A stretch of 62,931 nucleotides of DNA, the filler included, from Asterionella formosa (lineage: Eukaryota): NCBI GenBank assembly GCA_002256025.1. It is 8 parts of 8 records of this genome, joined end to end, with 100 filler letters (N's around TTAATTAATTAA, not from the genome) between each part and the next. Parts side by side here need not be neighbours in the genome. Positions count along the whole stretch, not along the records: positions 61,765 to 62,931 come from NKIB01003946.1; 7 more parts are not named here. One strand, given 5' to 3'. This document shows, piece after piece, positions 61,848-62,931 of the stretch. Under the pieces are notes generated by a model that saw nothing but the letters and a program-made list of their open reading frames with translations, did not search any database and had not been told where the DNA came from. The position numbers and the translations under genes were made by a program. Within the stretch, counting starts at the first letter, position 1. Every line of letters begins with the position of its first letter.

Positions 61848-62931
61848 TTAGACTTCTTGCAAGTTTCCTGATGCTTCACCACCTTTCAAAATGGCAATAA
61901 CCATTGGATCACCAATGTATGGAATACAATTTCCAGTATTAGTGCCACAACTTCTTACAACATTTTTCTCTGTAGGCATTTGTCTAAAAGCAGCGTTCCG
62001 CTTCAGACTTGCAACACGTCTCTTCCTCCCTTGAGCAGTCACAGGTGAAATGCCAAGACAGTCCTTGCATTGCTCAAGAGCAACAAGGACATTATCTCTT
62101 GTAATTGGAGGTTGCAGGAAGCCTCGATTTTTTGCTCTGCCATCCAATCTTTTCATTATCTTCCTGAGCTCAGCATCTAAATACTTGATTCCCCTTTTGC
62201 ATCCTTTCCAGACAACAACTTGCTCCTCACCATTGGCACCATCAGCATTCGCCCTTGTTGTGACAGTCTCAAAACTGACATCACGATTGTCTAAACACTG
62301 TAATGGACCAATTTTATTCCTGTCATCTCCCATATGCCATAAACAGTAAGCAACAGCTACAGCACAAAGCGGGAACTGCCATCCAACTGGAACTCACCGG
62401 AACAATCCATCATGAGGATGCAAAAACAGATGGGAGGATGATATCTGGCTGTTTGGAGTTGTTGGGTTATTTGATGCAGCATAATTCCTTGTTGCTGCTT
62501 GGTCTAGTCATTCAGTCAACCCAAGGAGCTTTTTCCCAATAATCTTTTCCATGATGGCCTCCATTCGATTTTCTGAAATGACATCAGCATAAGTTCGATC
62601 ATTGAGCATTTTCTCAAAATCACTAAGCAATGATGGACCAAGACGGAGAAAGTCACCTCTCATTTGCTCTATGGCAGCAAGGTGCGCAACCTGTGGAGGA
62701 ATGCCAGTCAATTTAACTGCGAAAAAATCCTTTTCTTCAAATGGATATCGAACAACAACCTGATCTGAAAGTGCTGCAATTTCATTTGATGTATACACTC
62801 CTGTTAAATGCATCAATGATGTTTTATCCTTTCTCAGTATTTGTAGATTCTCCATGTGATGCAACACACAAGCAAGAACCACTTGTAGAAATGGAATGAG
62901 AGCTACTTGTCGACGAAGCACATCACCAAAT
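61848..62931 (-). mobile_element. C-terminal remnant of a CryptonS-like (tyrosine-recombinase transposon) gene
   Basis: LTGIPPQV and WHMGD...IGPL..L...DV resemble C-terminal motifs of stramenopile Crypton proteins. Frameshifted. The catalytic YR domain is not in the contig. Confidence 0.55.

Overview
Eukaryotic nuclear DNA, most likely from a diatom (stramenopile). Evidence: GT-AG introns, bipartite signal plus F/W plastid-targeting peptides, CoDi-type copia, Ambal-type LINE and CryptonS-like remnants. The window is eight pieces joined by artificial 100-nt N44-TTAATTAATTAA-N44 linkers: three of about 18.8 kb and five of about 1.17 kb. Adjacency across linkers is therefore probably not real. 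Contig 1 (1-18807) is a nest of decayed transposable elements: copia, LINE, three tRNA-derived SINE copies, a MULE transposase split into two convergent genes, and a rod-like hairpin element with periodic tandem G.A motifs. Contigs 2 (18908-37708) and 6 (41606-60398) hold ordinary host genes: PRP40-like, ARM-repeat, SETD9-like, Trf4/PAP2-like, SGNH-like, D27-like, bestrophin-like, F-box-like, Ku70 and a beta-propeller membrane protein. PIF/Harbinger and Pangu-like DNA transposons sit upstream of or between these genes. The small contigs carry fragments of a copia integrase, a probable TE accessory gene, a vacuolar sorting receptor, a histidine phosphatase and a CryptonS-like gene. The top leads are the split MULE transposase, the CGAG/CGAG hairpin element, the SINE family and an iterated GTAC-C(W)G-GTAC palindrome at gene boundaries. 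All calls are from motif reading by eye; no searches were run.
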